A stretch of DNA of 64,000 nucleotides from Mobula hypostoma (Eukaryota), in contig NC_086102.1 of assembly GCF_963921235.1 (NCBI RefSeq), positions 44,268,001 to 44,332,000 on the forward strand. Direction: 5' to 3'. A program made the translations under genes and the position numbers. The notes beneath the pieces are model-generated. The model was given only the letters and a program-made list of their open reading frames with translations. It was not told the DNA's origin and did no database searches. Below, piece after piece: positions 39,031 through 51,368 of this stretch (position 1 is its first letter; every line of letters begins with the position of its first letter).

Positions 39031-41379
39031 TGAGGGTGGGGCAGCAGCTGTAATAGACTATTGCTATGAACTCTTGAGTGTAATTGCCGCACTCAACAAT
39101 TACAATTTTTCAGCTCATTTTAGTTTATACAGCTGATGCGACCTTGTGATAAACGCAGGGGTTGGCTCACCTATGACGGTACCTCACATTCAAGTGGCTT
39201 GCCGACCTTTGTAATCTAAAACCACAGACTAAAATACATAAAATTGAGTTGCTGAAGATCTCGGAGTATAGTATGTGCCATGGCCACAATTTTTTTCCTG
39301 TACTTTTAGCACCATGTAACATTTTTCTTTACATTAGATAAATCTATCGTACCTGCTGGATTGAATTGGACCGTCATTATCTTGAATGGGTTTGAGACGT
39401 TGGGTAAACTGTTTAGATGTTTTACTCCTTATCAATTAGGAGTTTTCCCAAATAAGATGAATGAATCTATTGCATGAATGCTTAGTTAAGAAGGAATTTC
39501 AAACATTACATTCTAAACTCATAACTTGTTTCTATCACATTTTGATCTGGAACATTTATATCTACGGTTTAACTTGCTGAACCAGCTTATACTGTGCAAC
39601 AAAATGTTGAGCATTTAATGCCTTAAGCTTGCAGAAACCACTGGAAAAACTGAGGCAAAAAAAGCAGCACCTCCATCTACCTATGCATTAAAGTTCCTCT
39701 CTTCAAATTCTCAAACTCAAATCCAAAGAATTATCAACTGTTAATGATTAAATAGAATGGACAGGCAGCTTCTGCTAACTTAGTAATTTAAAAAATCTCA
39801 ATTAATTTCTGAGTTAAATACCAATGGATAAAACGAAGAATTGTTACTTTGCTCAAATCAGTTTTGTGGTTTACTATAGTTTTAGCTCCTATATTTGCGC
39901 TATAACAGTTCTCAATATTCAAATATTATATTTGTTAGACTACTTTTATAATGCATCAGAATTCTCAAGGGCAAGCTCCTGGACTTAAATGAAAGAATGT
40001 ATCTATTATTAATAACTTTAGTCACCATCTCTAAAGGTATCTTTACACCTGGTGAATGATTATACTGTCATGACTAAATATAACTGACTACATAAGGCAG
40101 AGAAGAACGTCGTGAGTGACATTTCTATCTAATTGTTTAAAACAAAAGTCACTTTCTGATCAAATCAATAACACCACTAGGGTAATAAGTGTTTAAGAGA
40201 CTGCCTCTAGCAAGTCAAAACTACATCATTAGGTTTGTTTGCTTATTATTTTGATTTAATATCTTCTATGCCTTGCAAAATGACCCAAGTAGCTGAGCCA
40301 CATTTATTATTGAAGGAAGTTCAGGCTATTCTTCAACGCCAGCTCCGTGCTCCTTTTCCCACACTCAAACTCCATTTCCATGAATGCTCACGGAGAATAT
40401 GAAATATTATATTCAGGCTGGTGAAGTATTGTATATAATGGGACAGTGCAATATCATGAAAAGGTTTAACCACTTGTTTATTAGTAATGGTTCAGATGCC
40501 AAATAATTCAAGTGTGCTCTAAGGGTATAATGCAACATGTAATGCAACATTTGCTAACAACTGAATGCTAAGAGTCATATATTAAAAATCTGAAAATATA
40601 ATGCCTTTTTCTGTTCTCTTATGGCTGGGCTCCAGGTTGGGCACAGAGTCCAGGATGTGGGTGGTTCTTGACCGGGAGGTTGGGATAGTGGGTATTGCAG
40701 AGCTCAGCAGGTGAGAATAAGGTGGTTTGAGATTGGGATGATGTTCCTTTAAGGCAATGAGAAAGCCACCAATATCTCTAAATTCATTGGGGGCTCCTGA
40801 GGAATTCATGTGAAGTGTGGTTAGGATTAAGGGATTGTTGTTCTGAGAGTACCCATAAGGTTAAGCTATCAAGTTATCCTCCGATGCATGGTCATCCCAT
40901 ATAAGCCTTGCATAGAAATCACATCAAAGTCCTAAAGGTGATTTACAACACTAAGTACTTGGGGAAATTGAGACAACTTGATCTGCCTTAATTGTGAAGA
41001 CATTTTAAACTGGGTTAAGCTAATTTCAATCACATAGTGCCAGATGAAAGTACTATTTATATAACGTCTAGGTGAGAGTGTATAAAACTTTATAAATTTA
41101 TTTGCGTAGGTCTTTTAAAAGTCTTGCTTTTTGTTTAGCTTGGCATAGCAAAATATAAATCAAGGGAGTTGCATCAAAATAAGGGCTAAGATACAAGGAT
41201 TTTTTTCTACTGATCTGTATAAAATGTATTCTAGGCTTGCTGGTCAATCTTGTAGCCTTAGTTCTTGAAAAACTGAACTTATGAATACTATCCAACTAAA
41301 AGGATTGTGCTAACCTATAACATTGTTGCAGCTTCTGTTATGGAGAGCACATTTTAATTGAAATTACAAAGACAGTTCA

Positions 41380-43020
41380 AGCATAATGCCAGACCAGTGT
41401 AGGGCTTATGCAATGAATGGTGGGGCATTAGAAAGATATAGAGGGATCTAGGAGTACAAGTGCATAGTTCACTGAAAGCAGCGTCGCAGGTAGATGGGGT
41501 GGTGAAAAGGGCATTTAGCATGCTGGCCTTCATTAGTCAGGGCAGTGACATTATGTTGCAGTTGAATAAATCAATGGTGGGGCTACACTTGGAATACTGT
41601 GTGCAGTTCAGCTCACTGTGTAGGAAAACTGTGGCTAAACTGGGGAGATTTACAAGGATGTTGCCAGCACTGGAGGGCTTGAGGTTGGCCAGGCTTTATT
41701 CCTCGTTACATAGGACAATGAGGGGTGACGTTACAGAAGAATTAGAAATTATGAGGTATAGACATAGTGGATAGCATCGGTCTTTTCCCTAGGGTAGGGA
41801 AGTCCAAAGCTAGGGGCATAAGATGTAGCATGAGATGGAAAAGATTTAAAAGAGGCTTAGGGGACCTGATTTTTATTTGCAAGGGGTAGAGACTATATGG
41901 AACAAGGGGTCAGAGAAAGTGGCTCAGGCAGATACAATTGTACCATTTAAGAAGACATGGAAGGGTGGGATTTAGAGTGATGTGGGCCAATCACAGGAAT
42001 TTGGGACAAACTGGATGAGCACCATGGTCAGCATGGACTCAACGGGCCAAAGGGCCTATATCTCTGCTATAGGGCTCGATGACCTTTATTAGTCAGGATA
42101 TGTGGGTCATTTTCAGAGATATTGCAGAAGCTGAAATTCTTCAGACTGGCACACAGATTGCATTTGGGCTGTAGGCAAATTTTCTCATTATATATAGGTA
42201 AGTGGGTCAGCAAGTTGTGAGAGTTTAAAATGAAGTTGCAAAAAGAATGCAGATAGTCAGTGGGCAAGAAGTGTAATGCGTGAAAATGTGAGGCTATCCA
42301 TAATCGCAAAATTGTTAATTTAAGTGAGCCTGAAAACTGTTGTGGAACAAAGGGATCTGTGAACCCGAGTATATGAATCAGCAAAGGGTTTAAATGCAGA
42401 TGCAGTAAGTAACTCAAAAGGTGAGTGAAATGTCGATTTTAACTGCAAGTAAAAGAAGTTTAAAGGTAGGTCGATTTTGAAGTGACTTTACAGGACTAAT
42501 ATTGAGTTCACATTTGGAAAACTGTAAATAGTTTTGATCTCCACATTTAAGATTGGAAGCATTGTGGATAACGCTTGTCAACTAGATTCTTGGTGTGAAG
42601 TACCAGTGAGCAGGTTGGGTCCTACTTATTGGAATTTAGAAGATAGAGAGGTGACCTTATTCAAACATAAATTTATGAGGAGGATCGGCAAGGTGCATGT
42701 CAAGAGCATGTTTATTCCTGATGGAGGAATCTACAACTAGGGGCATATTTTCATAGTTAAGTGCTATACAATACAAAGGAATTTCTTCTGTCAGAGAGTG
42801 CTGACACTTTGGGATTCTCTGTCCCATACAGTTGTGGAACAACTTTTATTGAATAGATTCAAAACAAAGACAGGTAGACATTTGAACCATAAGAGAGTCG
42901 AAGGGCATAGGTGATTCTAAAGTCTGGGAAGTGACATTGTGGCCAGAACTGGTCAAACTAATAATCACACAGCAGAGCAGGCTCGAGGGATTGAGTAACC
43001 TACACCTGCTCCCACTTCTT
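41380..43020 (+). mobile_element. Two adjacent degenerate CR1 3' fragments
   Basis: VVKRAFSMLAFIS..LEYCVQF (41460-41774), and a second copy ending gctcgaggggattgagtaacctacacctgctcc. Confidence 0.65.
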
Positions 43021-43155
43021 ACCCTCTTCTGTAACCCTAACAGTACTGTGTTTGCAATGTTATAAAATGGATGCTGTGTGCAAAGTACATGATGTAAACA
43101 CTAATTTTAAACTGCCTCACTCACTACACATCAAACAATTGGGAAGAATTACAAT

Positions 43156-44002
43156 TAACACACACAAGATGCTGGAGGAACTCAGCAGGCCAGGCAGCAT
43201 CTATGGAAAAGAGTATGGTTGGGGTTTCAGGCTGAGACCCTTCATCAGGACTGGAGAAAAAAGATGAGGGATAGAGTTAAAAATGGGGGAGGGGAGAAAC
43301 ACAACGTGGTAGGTGAAACTGGGAGGGGGATGGGTGATGTAAAGAGCTGGGAAGTTGATTGGTGAAGGAGACACAGGGCTGGATAAGGGGGAGTGCGAGA
43401 GCAGAGGACATGGGAGAAAGTGGGGGAGGTGGGCCGGCAAGGAAATATGGTTGGAGAGGGAAAAGGGGATGGAGAATGGCAAAAGAGAGGGGGAGCCATT
43501 ATGGGAAGTTGGAAAAATCAATGTTCATGCCATCTGGTTGGAGGCTACCCAGACGGATTATAAGGTGTGGTTACTTCAACCTGAGTGTGGCCTCATCACG
43601 ACAGTGAAGGAGGCCATGGAATGGGAATGGGAATTGGAATTAAAATGGGTAGCACTGAGAGATCCCACTTTTTCTAACGGATGGAGCGTAGGGGCTTGGC
43701 AAAAAGGTCTCCCAATCCATGTCAAGTCTCACTGATATACAAGAAACCATATCGGGAGCACCGGACACAGTAAATGACCCCAACAGATGAAGTGTCACCT
43801 CACCTGGAAGGACAGTTTTGGAGCCCTGAAAGGTAGTGAGGGAGGAGCTACAAGCCAGGTCTAGCACTTGTCCATAGAAGTCTCATCCCAAAATGTCGAC
43901 TGTACTCTTTTCCATAGATGCTGCCTGGCCTGCTGAGTTCCTTCAGCATTTTGTGTGTGTTGATTGGTTTTCAAGCATCTGCAGATTTTCTCTTGTTTGT
44001 GA
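43156..44002 (-). mobile_element. Penelope-like insertion with short inverted arm
   Basis: 12-bp TSD aagaattacaat (43144-55 and 44003-14). Body on minus 43156-43870, inverted arm 43877-44002 carrying the full terminus. Both ribozyme copies are decayed. Confidence 0.85.
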
Positions 44003-44410
44003 AAGAATTACAATGACTTTTTTTTCTTTAAAAGGGACTTGTGCACCATTAGTTAAGTCTAAAGTTATTGGCCATCCTTAAATTCCCCTGGTAAGATGGA
44101 GATAAGCTGACCATGTTTTGAATGCCGTTCCATTGTGTTGCAGAGTATGAATTTCCAGGAGCTACTATGAAGACCTTTAATTTATTTTCACATCTGGGTA
44201 ACGCGCAACTGGGAGGGAGAGCTGGAAATGTGAGATACGGGGAATGGGACTGACAGGCAGTTCTATCTTCATGTTCCTTCTGCACCTACTCTAATTAGTT
44301 TTTACCATAAGCTAGCTGAACCACACAACTTTCATTTAAAATTTTCTAATAAGAAGCATTGCTTCTGTAAATGGTAATTATCCAAACTGAGACAAATGAC
44401 TTCACAGTAC

Positions 44411-44821
44411 CTGGCTGTTGTACAATGACAGTTGTCAATCCAGATTGATCTTCTCCCAGTTTATACCACCTATCGTTAGGATCAAGCAGCCACTCTTCCA
44501 CATTACAGTAGTAGCTTCCAGTGTCGGAAATAGTTGCTTTCTGAAGTATCAAACTGTACAAATCATTGGTAGATTTTTCAAACTGTAGCCTATCCTTCAA
44601 TCTTGTACTGTTATCCATTGAATTAGCATATTCAAAAACAGTATTCCGACTCAGTCTGAAAATAGGATAGCTATCTGTCTCTGGGGTTTTCTGGGTAAAC
44701 CAGGCCACGGAGAGTTGGGAATCCAATTTGGTACGATTGCTAATTTTGCAATTCAGTTGAATCTGACCATCCTCCGGTACAGATATACTCCTTTCAGTCT
44801 TGACTGTTTGTAAATTGTTTT
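44411..44821 (-). CDS. IGSF3: IGSF3 internal exon, V-type Ig domain (second from last)
   Basis: 411 nt, acceptor ttgtgtatccacAG, donor GTactg, phase 1/1. (E)NNLQTVKTERSISVPEDGQIQLNC...VAWF...DTGSYYCNVEEWLLDPNDRWYKLGEDQSGLTTVIVQQP. The exon extends 5' of the ORF-track start. Confidence 0.93.
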
Positions 44822-44929
44822 CTGTGGATACACAAGATTTTAATTTAATTAATAAGAAATCTGATTGTTTAAATTTTTACCATTCATTGTGATGTGCAAA
44901 ACATGCTGGGCTGGTTACATGGAAAATTC

Positions 44930-45860
44930 CAAATGCTGTATTTAAGTTTGCTGGCCGAATAAAAGGTGGTGATGAATCAGCATATAGGAGGGAGATTAAA
45001 CATCTGGTTGACTAGTGCTACACCAACCTCTCACTCAACATCAACAGAACCAAAGAGCTGATTATCGACTAAGACAGGAAGAAGCTGGAGGTCCGTGAGC
45101 CAGTCCTCGTTGGAGGATCAGAGGTGGGGAGGGTGAGCAACTTTAAATTTCTTGGTGTTATCATTTCAGAGGACCTGTCCTGGGCCCAGCAGGTAAGTGC
45201 CATTACAAACAAAGCACAGCAGTGTATCTTCTTTCTTAGAAGTTTGAGTAGATTCAACATGACATCTACAATTTTAACAAGTTCTAAGTGTGGTGGAGAG
45301 TATATTGACTGGTTGCACCATGGCCTGGTACAGAAGCACCGGTGCCCTTGAATGGAAACTTTATACAAAAAAGTAGTGTATATGACCCAGTCATTCACAG
45401 GTAAAGCACTCCCCGCCATTGAGCACATCTACACGGAGTACTGTCGCAGGAAAGCAGCATCCATCTTCAGGGACCCCTACTAGCCTGGCCATGCTCTCGT
45501 CCAATTACTGCCATCAGGAAGGAGAACAAAAGCTTCAGGACACACACCACCAGGTTCAGGAACAGTTATTACTCCTCAACCATGAGGCTCCTGAACCAGA
45601 GGGAATAACTTCACTTGCCCCATATCACAACTGTTCCCAAAACCTGTGGACTAGTTTCAAGGACTTTTTAATCTCATGTTCTTGATATTTATTTCCTATT
45701 ATTTTTTTTTTCTTTTATACTTGCAGAGTCTGCTGTTTACACATTGGATGTTCGTCCGTCCTGCTATGAGCAGTCTTTCATTGACTCTTTTGTGTTTCTT
45801 GGATTTACCGTGATTGCCCACAAGAAAATGAATCTCAGCTTTGTATAGATGACATTTTTA
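44930..45860 (+). mobile_element. Rex1/Babar-type LINE 3' fragment
   Basis: FKFAGRIKGGDES, VSNFKFLGVIISEDLSW, and family tail. Confidence 0.75.
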
Positions 45861-47340
45861 CTCGCACTTTGAGCTACAAGTCCTCAGGCTTTATTTAGGT
45901 TTGGATTGGCGTGGCTGGTATAGGTTCAGATCCAAGCCAACTTTCAGTTATAACTAGGGCTAATAAAATGCCAGAGGGAGGCATATTCAACGTACTCAGC
46001 GCGATAATCCAAAGCAAGTGGATTTGGGTTCTTGGTACAGGTGGAAACAGTTACAAACTTAATGATTCTCTGCAAGTTATTGCAGAGCTGGCACTGAGGC
46101 TGTCAGCAGATGGAAACAGCTGGGAAGATTTGCTCCCTTTTCATAATCTTCACCATCTGCAGCACTAAGACTGTATGCAATAATTTTTTTTTACAGTTGG
46201 TCTTGATTTGATGATCACGGGGAGGAAGGACTGAAGAAATGTATGAAAGATAACAGTGCATTTACCCTGGAGCTGAATCATTCAGCTGTCTAGTCAGCAA
46301 AATGCCCAAAAAAAATCAAAGCTGCTAAAGGCTGGCCCTTCCCCTCATAGCTTATGATCACAAAATTGAAAGCGAATACCAGAGTCTAATGAACAATTTG
46401 TAGAATACTACACATCCATTAATGCTGCAAATGACTCCCAAATCATTAGGAAACGATAATAAATTGGACTTAAATTGTAATTAGGTAGATTAGTGTAATG
46501 GCTTCTGCCAGGAAAGAAGATCTGTAAAATCTTTCGACTCTTCAGTTTAAAAATGGAAAAACTAACATTTTTAGAATACACGGACCACCGTACACCAGAG
46601 AGTAAGACGAGAGCAGAGCAGCCTCTATTGGCTTTTTAAGATGAGCATAACCACAAGAAGCTGATTGTGTAGTGTTGTTCAGCTCAGCGGTATCTGACTG
46701 AAATAGAACTTTTCCAGACTGAAATGTGACATTGATGACAGTCGTTCTGCATAACTGCTTTTTGGGAGCAGGTTGCACAGCTGATGTGATTTCTGTGTCA
46801 GATACACTCCAAATGACATCCATCATTCCCCAGGCAACATTGCAACTGGAAAGGTTTAACCATGCGGTGCTGGGCTGGAACCCCATTACCTTAAGTCTCA
46901 TTATTTAAACATCTACTCACTGGGATCCTTCACACATGGTACCAACTTGCACGCTCAGAGTTCTCACTATGCCTGCATTGCCCATCCCCTTTCACCCCTG
47001 TCATCTGGGGCACACCTTTTACCCCCAAGTACTCCTGGTCTGAATATTCCGAACTAGATGCTTTGTGTTTGGCCCAAGTTAACTGGTTATTGGTGTATTC
47101 TGCAAATATCACACCTTTAAAGGTGTAAATTTTAGGTTATTGCTCTTTAAAGTTGAATCTCATTTTTTGCTCAATGGGTTGAGAATAGCCCTTTGCCATT
47201 GCAGTTATCAAGGGAAATGTGCGAGGACCACCTTGAAGCAGATTTAATCACTTAAGTCTTTCTCCACAGAATTAAACCCAAGCATTCATGGTTCTGAATT
47301 GTGTTGAATACATGAAAGAAAGAAATATGGAATTCAGTAC

Positions 47341-47748
47341 CTGGTCGCTTGACTGTGACAGAGGTCACTCCTGATGTGTTCTCTCCGACTTTATACCAGA
47401 TGTTATTGGGGTTCAGTAGCCACTCCTCCACATGACAATAGTATTTGCCACTATCAGCGGTATCAGTCTTGAATAAGACCAAAGTATAATGGCCACGTGA
47501 GGGTTTTGCAGCTTGCATTCTCTCTTTCCTCTCGTGACTTCCCAGCTCATTCCCATATTCAAACACACAGTCACGATTTGATTTCATAATAAGTTTGCTC
47601 TCTTTCTCCTGTGATTTCTTGACATACCATTGCACAGAGAATTGAGAGTCTGGACTTGTTTGATTAGTGATGACACAGCTTAAGTGGATGTTGTCATTTT
47701 CAATTACCACAAGATTTCGGTTTAGTTGGTTAACTTTTAATTTCCCAT
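47341..47748 (-). CDS. IGSF3: IGSF3 internal exon, V-type Ig domain (third from last)
   Basis: 408 nt, acceptor ctttgtcctcacAG, donor GTactg, phase 1/1. Translation (D)GKLKVNQLNRNLVVIENDNIHLSC...W...DSGKYYCHVEEWLLNPNNIWYKVGENTSGVTSVTVKRP has the V-set Cys-Trp-Cys pattern and an EWI-family motif. Confidence 0.93.
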
Positions 47749-48726
47749 CTGTGAGGACAAACAAAGAGCTGGTCATAGGCAAAACAAAGATGAACACATG
47801 TTATTAGTAATTTGCTCATTTTTCTCTCTGGCTCTCTAAGCACTATAACAGTTGCTTCAGCAGGATGAAATACTTTTCCACAAACTGAACTGAGACAATT
47901 TGCTATTAGCAAGATACTAATCTTCCCTCTATTTCATTTTCACTCTTCACCCACTGAGCTCCAGAACTTCAGCAAATACTCAACATCAAATAAAACTCTT
48001 CACCACACATTGATTTGGATCTTCAGATAGCGTGGAGAATCAAATTCAAAGCCATGGTACCTCAAGAACTGTTCTGCATATTCTTCTTCCCCAGCCAATT
48101 AAATAATTGCACAACGGACTTTACCTTTGGAGAATTCAGGTTTATTCAGACACAAGATGGACAGTTTAGAAATTATACTGAACTTTAACCTGATTTTATC
48201 CAGCTAGCACAGAAGATGGAAGGAAACATGGCTGATAAACAGAAAACATTTCCCCCATTCCTGCTTTTAACATTCCCTGGAGTAATTCAGTACTGACAGT
48301 GTCTCTGCTTTGCAATATTCATTGAGGTCATCAATGTGATGTACAACAGGTTTTATATCCAAAACACTGCTGTGTAGTTGCTGTGTTTGCATCTTTATTG
48401 TAAAAATGTGCACCAAATTAATAATTAATCAACGTACTCACACATTAACATGCCAAATGTAATGTTACTCCTGCTGGCAATTTAGAAGTAACTCATAGAT
48501 TGCAGGTTCTCAGATTGCATGATAGCAAGTAGCCCTGTGATAAAATTGGTTTCTAGGAACAAATTACTGTGTGGAATAGATGCTTAGCAAGTATAGTGTG
48601 AGTAGTTCGATACAATAGTTGGTTCCCAGTGACCAACTAATACTATTTTCAAGGGACTAGCATTGGAAAATTCAGTACCATATGAAGGCCAAAGTAGGAT
48701 GCTACCAAACAGGGTTTAGACAAAAG

Positions 48727-48951
48727 GACGTAAACACGAGGAAGCCTGCAGATGCTGGAAATTCAAGCAACACACACAAAAAAACGCTGGTGAACGCAGC
48801 AGGCCAGGCAGCATCTATAGGAAGAGGTACAGTCGACGTTTCGGGCCAAGACCCTTTGTCAACGAAGGGTCTCAGCCCGAAACGTCGACTGTACCTCTTC
48901 CTATAGATGCTGCCTGGCCTGCTGCATTCACCAGCATTTTTTGTGTGTGTT
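48727..48951. mobile_element. 225-bp Penelope-derived fold-back (hairpin) insertion
   Basis: 13-bp TSD gtttagacaaaag (48714-26 and 48952-64). Near-perfect palindrome at about 48768-48951, centred on two truncated hammerhead halves. Confidence 0.9.
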
Positions 48952-49099
48952 GTTTAGACAAAAGAACATGCCACAATGACAGAGCACACAAAGGAAATCA
49001 TGTCAGTCTGGAGCAGGGCACAGCCTCGTACCTGAGGTAAGTGGGGGAATAGGGTTGGCGCGGGGGGGGGCATGAGTAAACAGACTCAAGGATAGGGGA

Positions 49100-51290
49100 C
49101 CTGATGGATTTGTAGCAGGGAACTCAGGGTTGAAGGTAGCAGGGGAGGCACGTGATATAACAAGCCAAAGTCAGCATGGATTCCCTAAAAGGAAATCTTG
49201 CCTGAAAAATCTGTTGGAATTCTTGAGAAATAACAGACAGGAACATCAAAGGAGAGTCAATGGATATTGTTTACTTGGATTTCCAGAAAGACTTTGGAAC
49301 GGTGCCACACATGAGGCTACTAAACAAGCTAAAAGCCCATGGTATTACAGGAAATATATTAGCACGGACAGCAGATTGGCTGCCTGTCAGGAGGCAAACA
49401 GTGGCAATAAAGGGGGCCTTTCCTGGTCAGCTGTCGTTGATTAGTAGTGTTCTGCAGGGTTAGTGCTGATTTCGCCACTTTTCATTTTATAGGTTAATGA
49501 CCTGGATGATGGAAAAAAGATACAAGACAGGTGGAGGGGCAGAAAATGTTGAGGAAATGGAGTCTGCTTGAATAGATTAGGAGAATGAGCAAAGAAGTGG
49601 CAGATGGACTACAGCGCAAGTTAGGGTACGTCCACACTACGCCGGATAATTTTGAAAACGCTGGTTTCGAGTAAAAATGACAGGCGTCCACACTAAGCGT
49701 TTTTCAAAGTATCTCCGTCCACATTAGGCGGATGTTTGAGCGAATCTCCTCCTACTGGGCATGCGCAGGACACACAGAAAACAAGCGAAGAGGAAACGAT
49801 ATACTTCGTGCGCGTCTGTCCAGTTACAGAGTAGAAAAACTTAAAAGGAATTGCTCTTGGCTCTCGCACCGGAGGACTTAAAACTTAAAAAAAAACAAAT
49901 ACTGGAGCGTATGGAGGCAACCGACAGGGAGTCCACGGACAGTATGACCCAGCTGACGACGAACTGAAAAACTATATTACATTAATAAAGCCCCTTGTTA
50001 AATATATAAAACGTCTGCATCAGCGTTATCTTGCATTTCCATACAATGTTACATTAAGCTGTTACACATCTATTGTCAGAGAAGTACTTGCATAAATAGG
50101 TAAACCACCTTCATACAAGCAAGGACAGAAAACAGGGCGAAGTGGTATACTTATTTATTCAGTAAACTATGGGTCAACTGGCTTCAGTCTCGTCCGTCTG
50201 TTCTGAAATTGTTAGGTGGTGGTGTTCAAGAAAACAATGAACGTCTGTTCCAGCACGTCATGACAGTGTTTTTAAATAGTCAAAAAAACTCACTTTACGA
50301 TTTAACTCTCACACCGTTCACACCGACTGCGCAGTACCAAGCAGAAGCAGAAAAAAGCATTTTTGTTGTGGTGTTGTCATGACAGCATTTTAAAATCTCT
50401 CCAGTTACCCCATACACACTACGGCGGATATTAAGCGTTTTCAGATTTATTCACTCTGGAGTGTGTTTTCGAAAATCTCCGTTTTCGGGGGCTGAAAACG
50501 CAGGCTCAGTGTGGACGGGAGGGCAAAACGAAGAGAAAAAACTTGGCTTTCAAAATTATCTGGCGTAGTGTGGACGTACCCTTAGTGTACGGTCATACGC
50601 TTTGATAGAATTTGGAGGTGCAAAGGGACTTGGGAGTCCTCGTGCAGGAATCCCTGAAGGTTAACTTGCAGGTTGAGTCAATACTAAAGAAGGCAAACGC
50701 AATGTTAGTATTCATTTCCAGGGGACTAGAATTTTAAAAAAAGATATAATGCTGAAGCTTTACAAGGCATTTGTCACACCACAGTTGGAGTGTTATGAGC
50801 AGATTTTGGCTCCATATCTAAGAAATGAGATGGTTTACAACAATGACCCTGGGGTGAAAGGGTTAATGCATGGGGAGCATTTGATGACTCGGGGCCTGTA
50901 CATGCTGGACTTTAAAAGAATGAGGGGATCTCATTCAAACCTACCAAACATTGAAAGACCTTGATAGAATTGTCATGGGAAGGCTGTTCCCAAAATTAGA
51001 AGAGTCTAGGACCAAAAGGACATGCTCAGAATAAAATGGCATCCCTTTAGAACAGAGATGAGGAGGAATTTCTTCAGCTGGAGGGTGGCGAATCTGTGGA
51101 ATTCATTGCCACAATTGGGTGTGGAGGCCAAGTCACTGGGTGCATTAAAAGTAGAGGTTGATAGGTTCTTGATTAGTAAGGCATCAAAGGTTACAGGGAG
51201 AAGGCAGTAGAATGAGGTTGAGAGGGAAAAGAATTAGCCATGATGGAATAGTAGAGCAGACTCGATGGGCTGAATGGCTCTTGGATACTT
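49100..51290 (+). mobile_element. CR1 ORF2 3' half, split by a Harbinger-type element
   Basis: SQHGFPKRKSCLKNLLEF, DIVYLDFQKDFGTVPH, RRNFFSWRVANLWNSLP, and the 3' end near 51280. Confidence 0.8.
49624..50581. mobile_element. Non-autonomous PIF/Harbinger-type DNA transposon (958 bp)
   Basis: TSD TTA (49621-23 and 50582-84). TIRs gggtacgtccacactacgcc.gataattttgaaa at both ends, with reiterated gtccacac subterminal motifs and no ORF. Confidence 0.85.
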
Positions 51291-51304
51291 GGTGGATCTA
51301 TATG

Positions 51305-51368
51305 CAGCATGAGTTCCCAACCTGGGGTCCACAGACACCTTGCATAAAACAAAGTTGGGAACCTATGA
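51305..51368. mobile_element. Tiny hAT-like MITE remnant
   Basis: Inverted gttcccaac (51313-21) and gttgggaac (51354-62). Confidence 0.4.
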
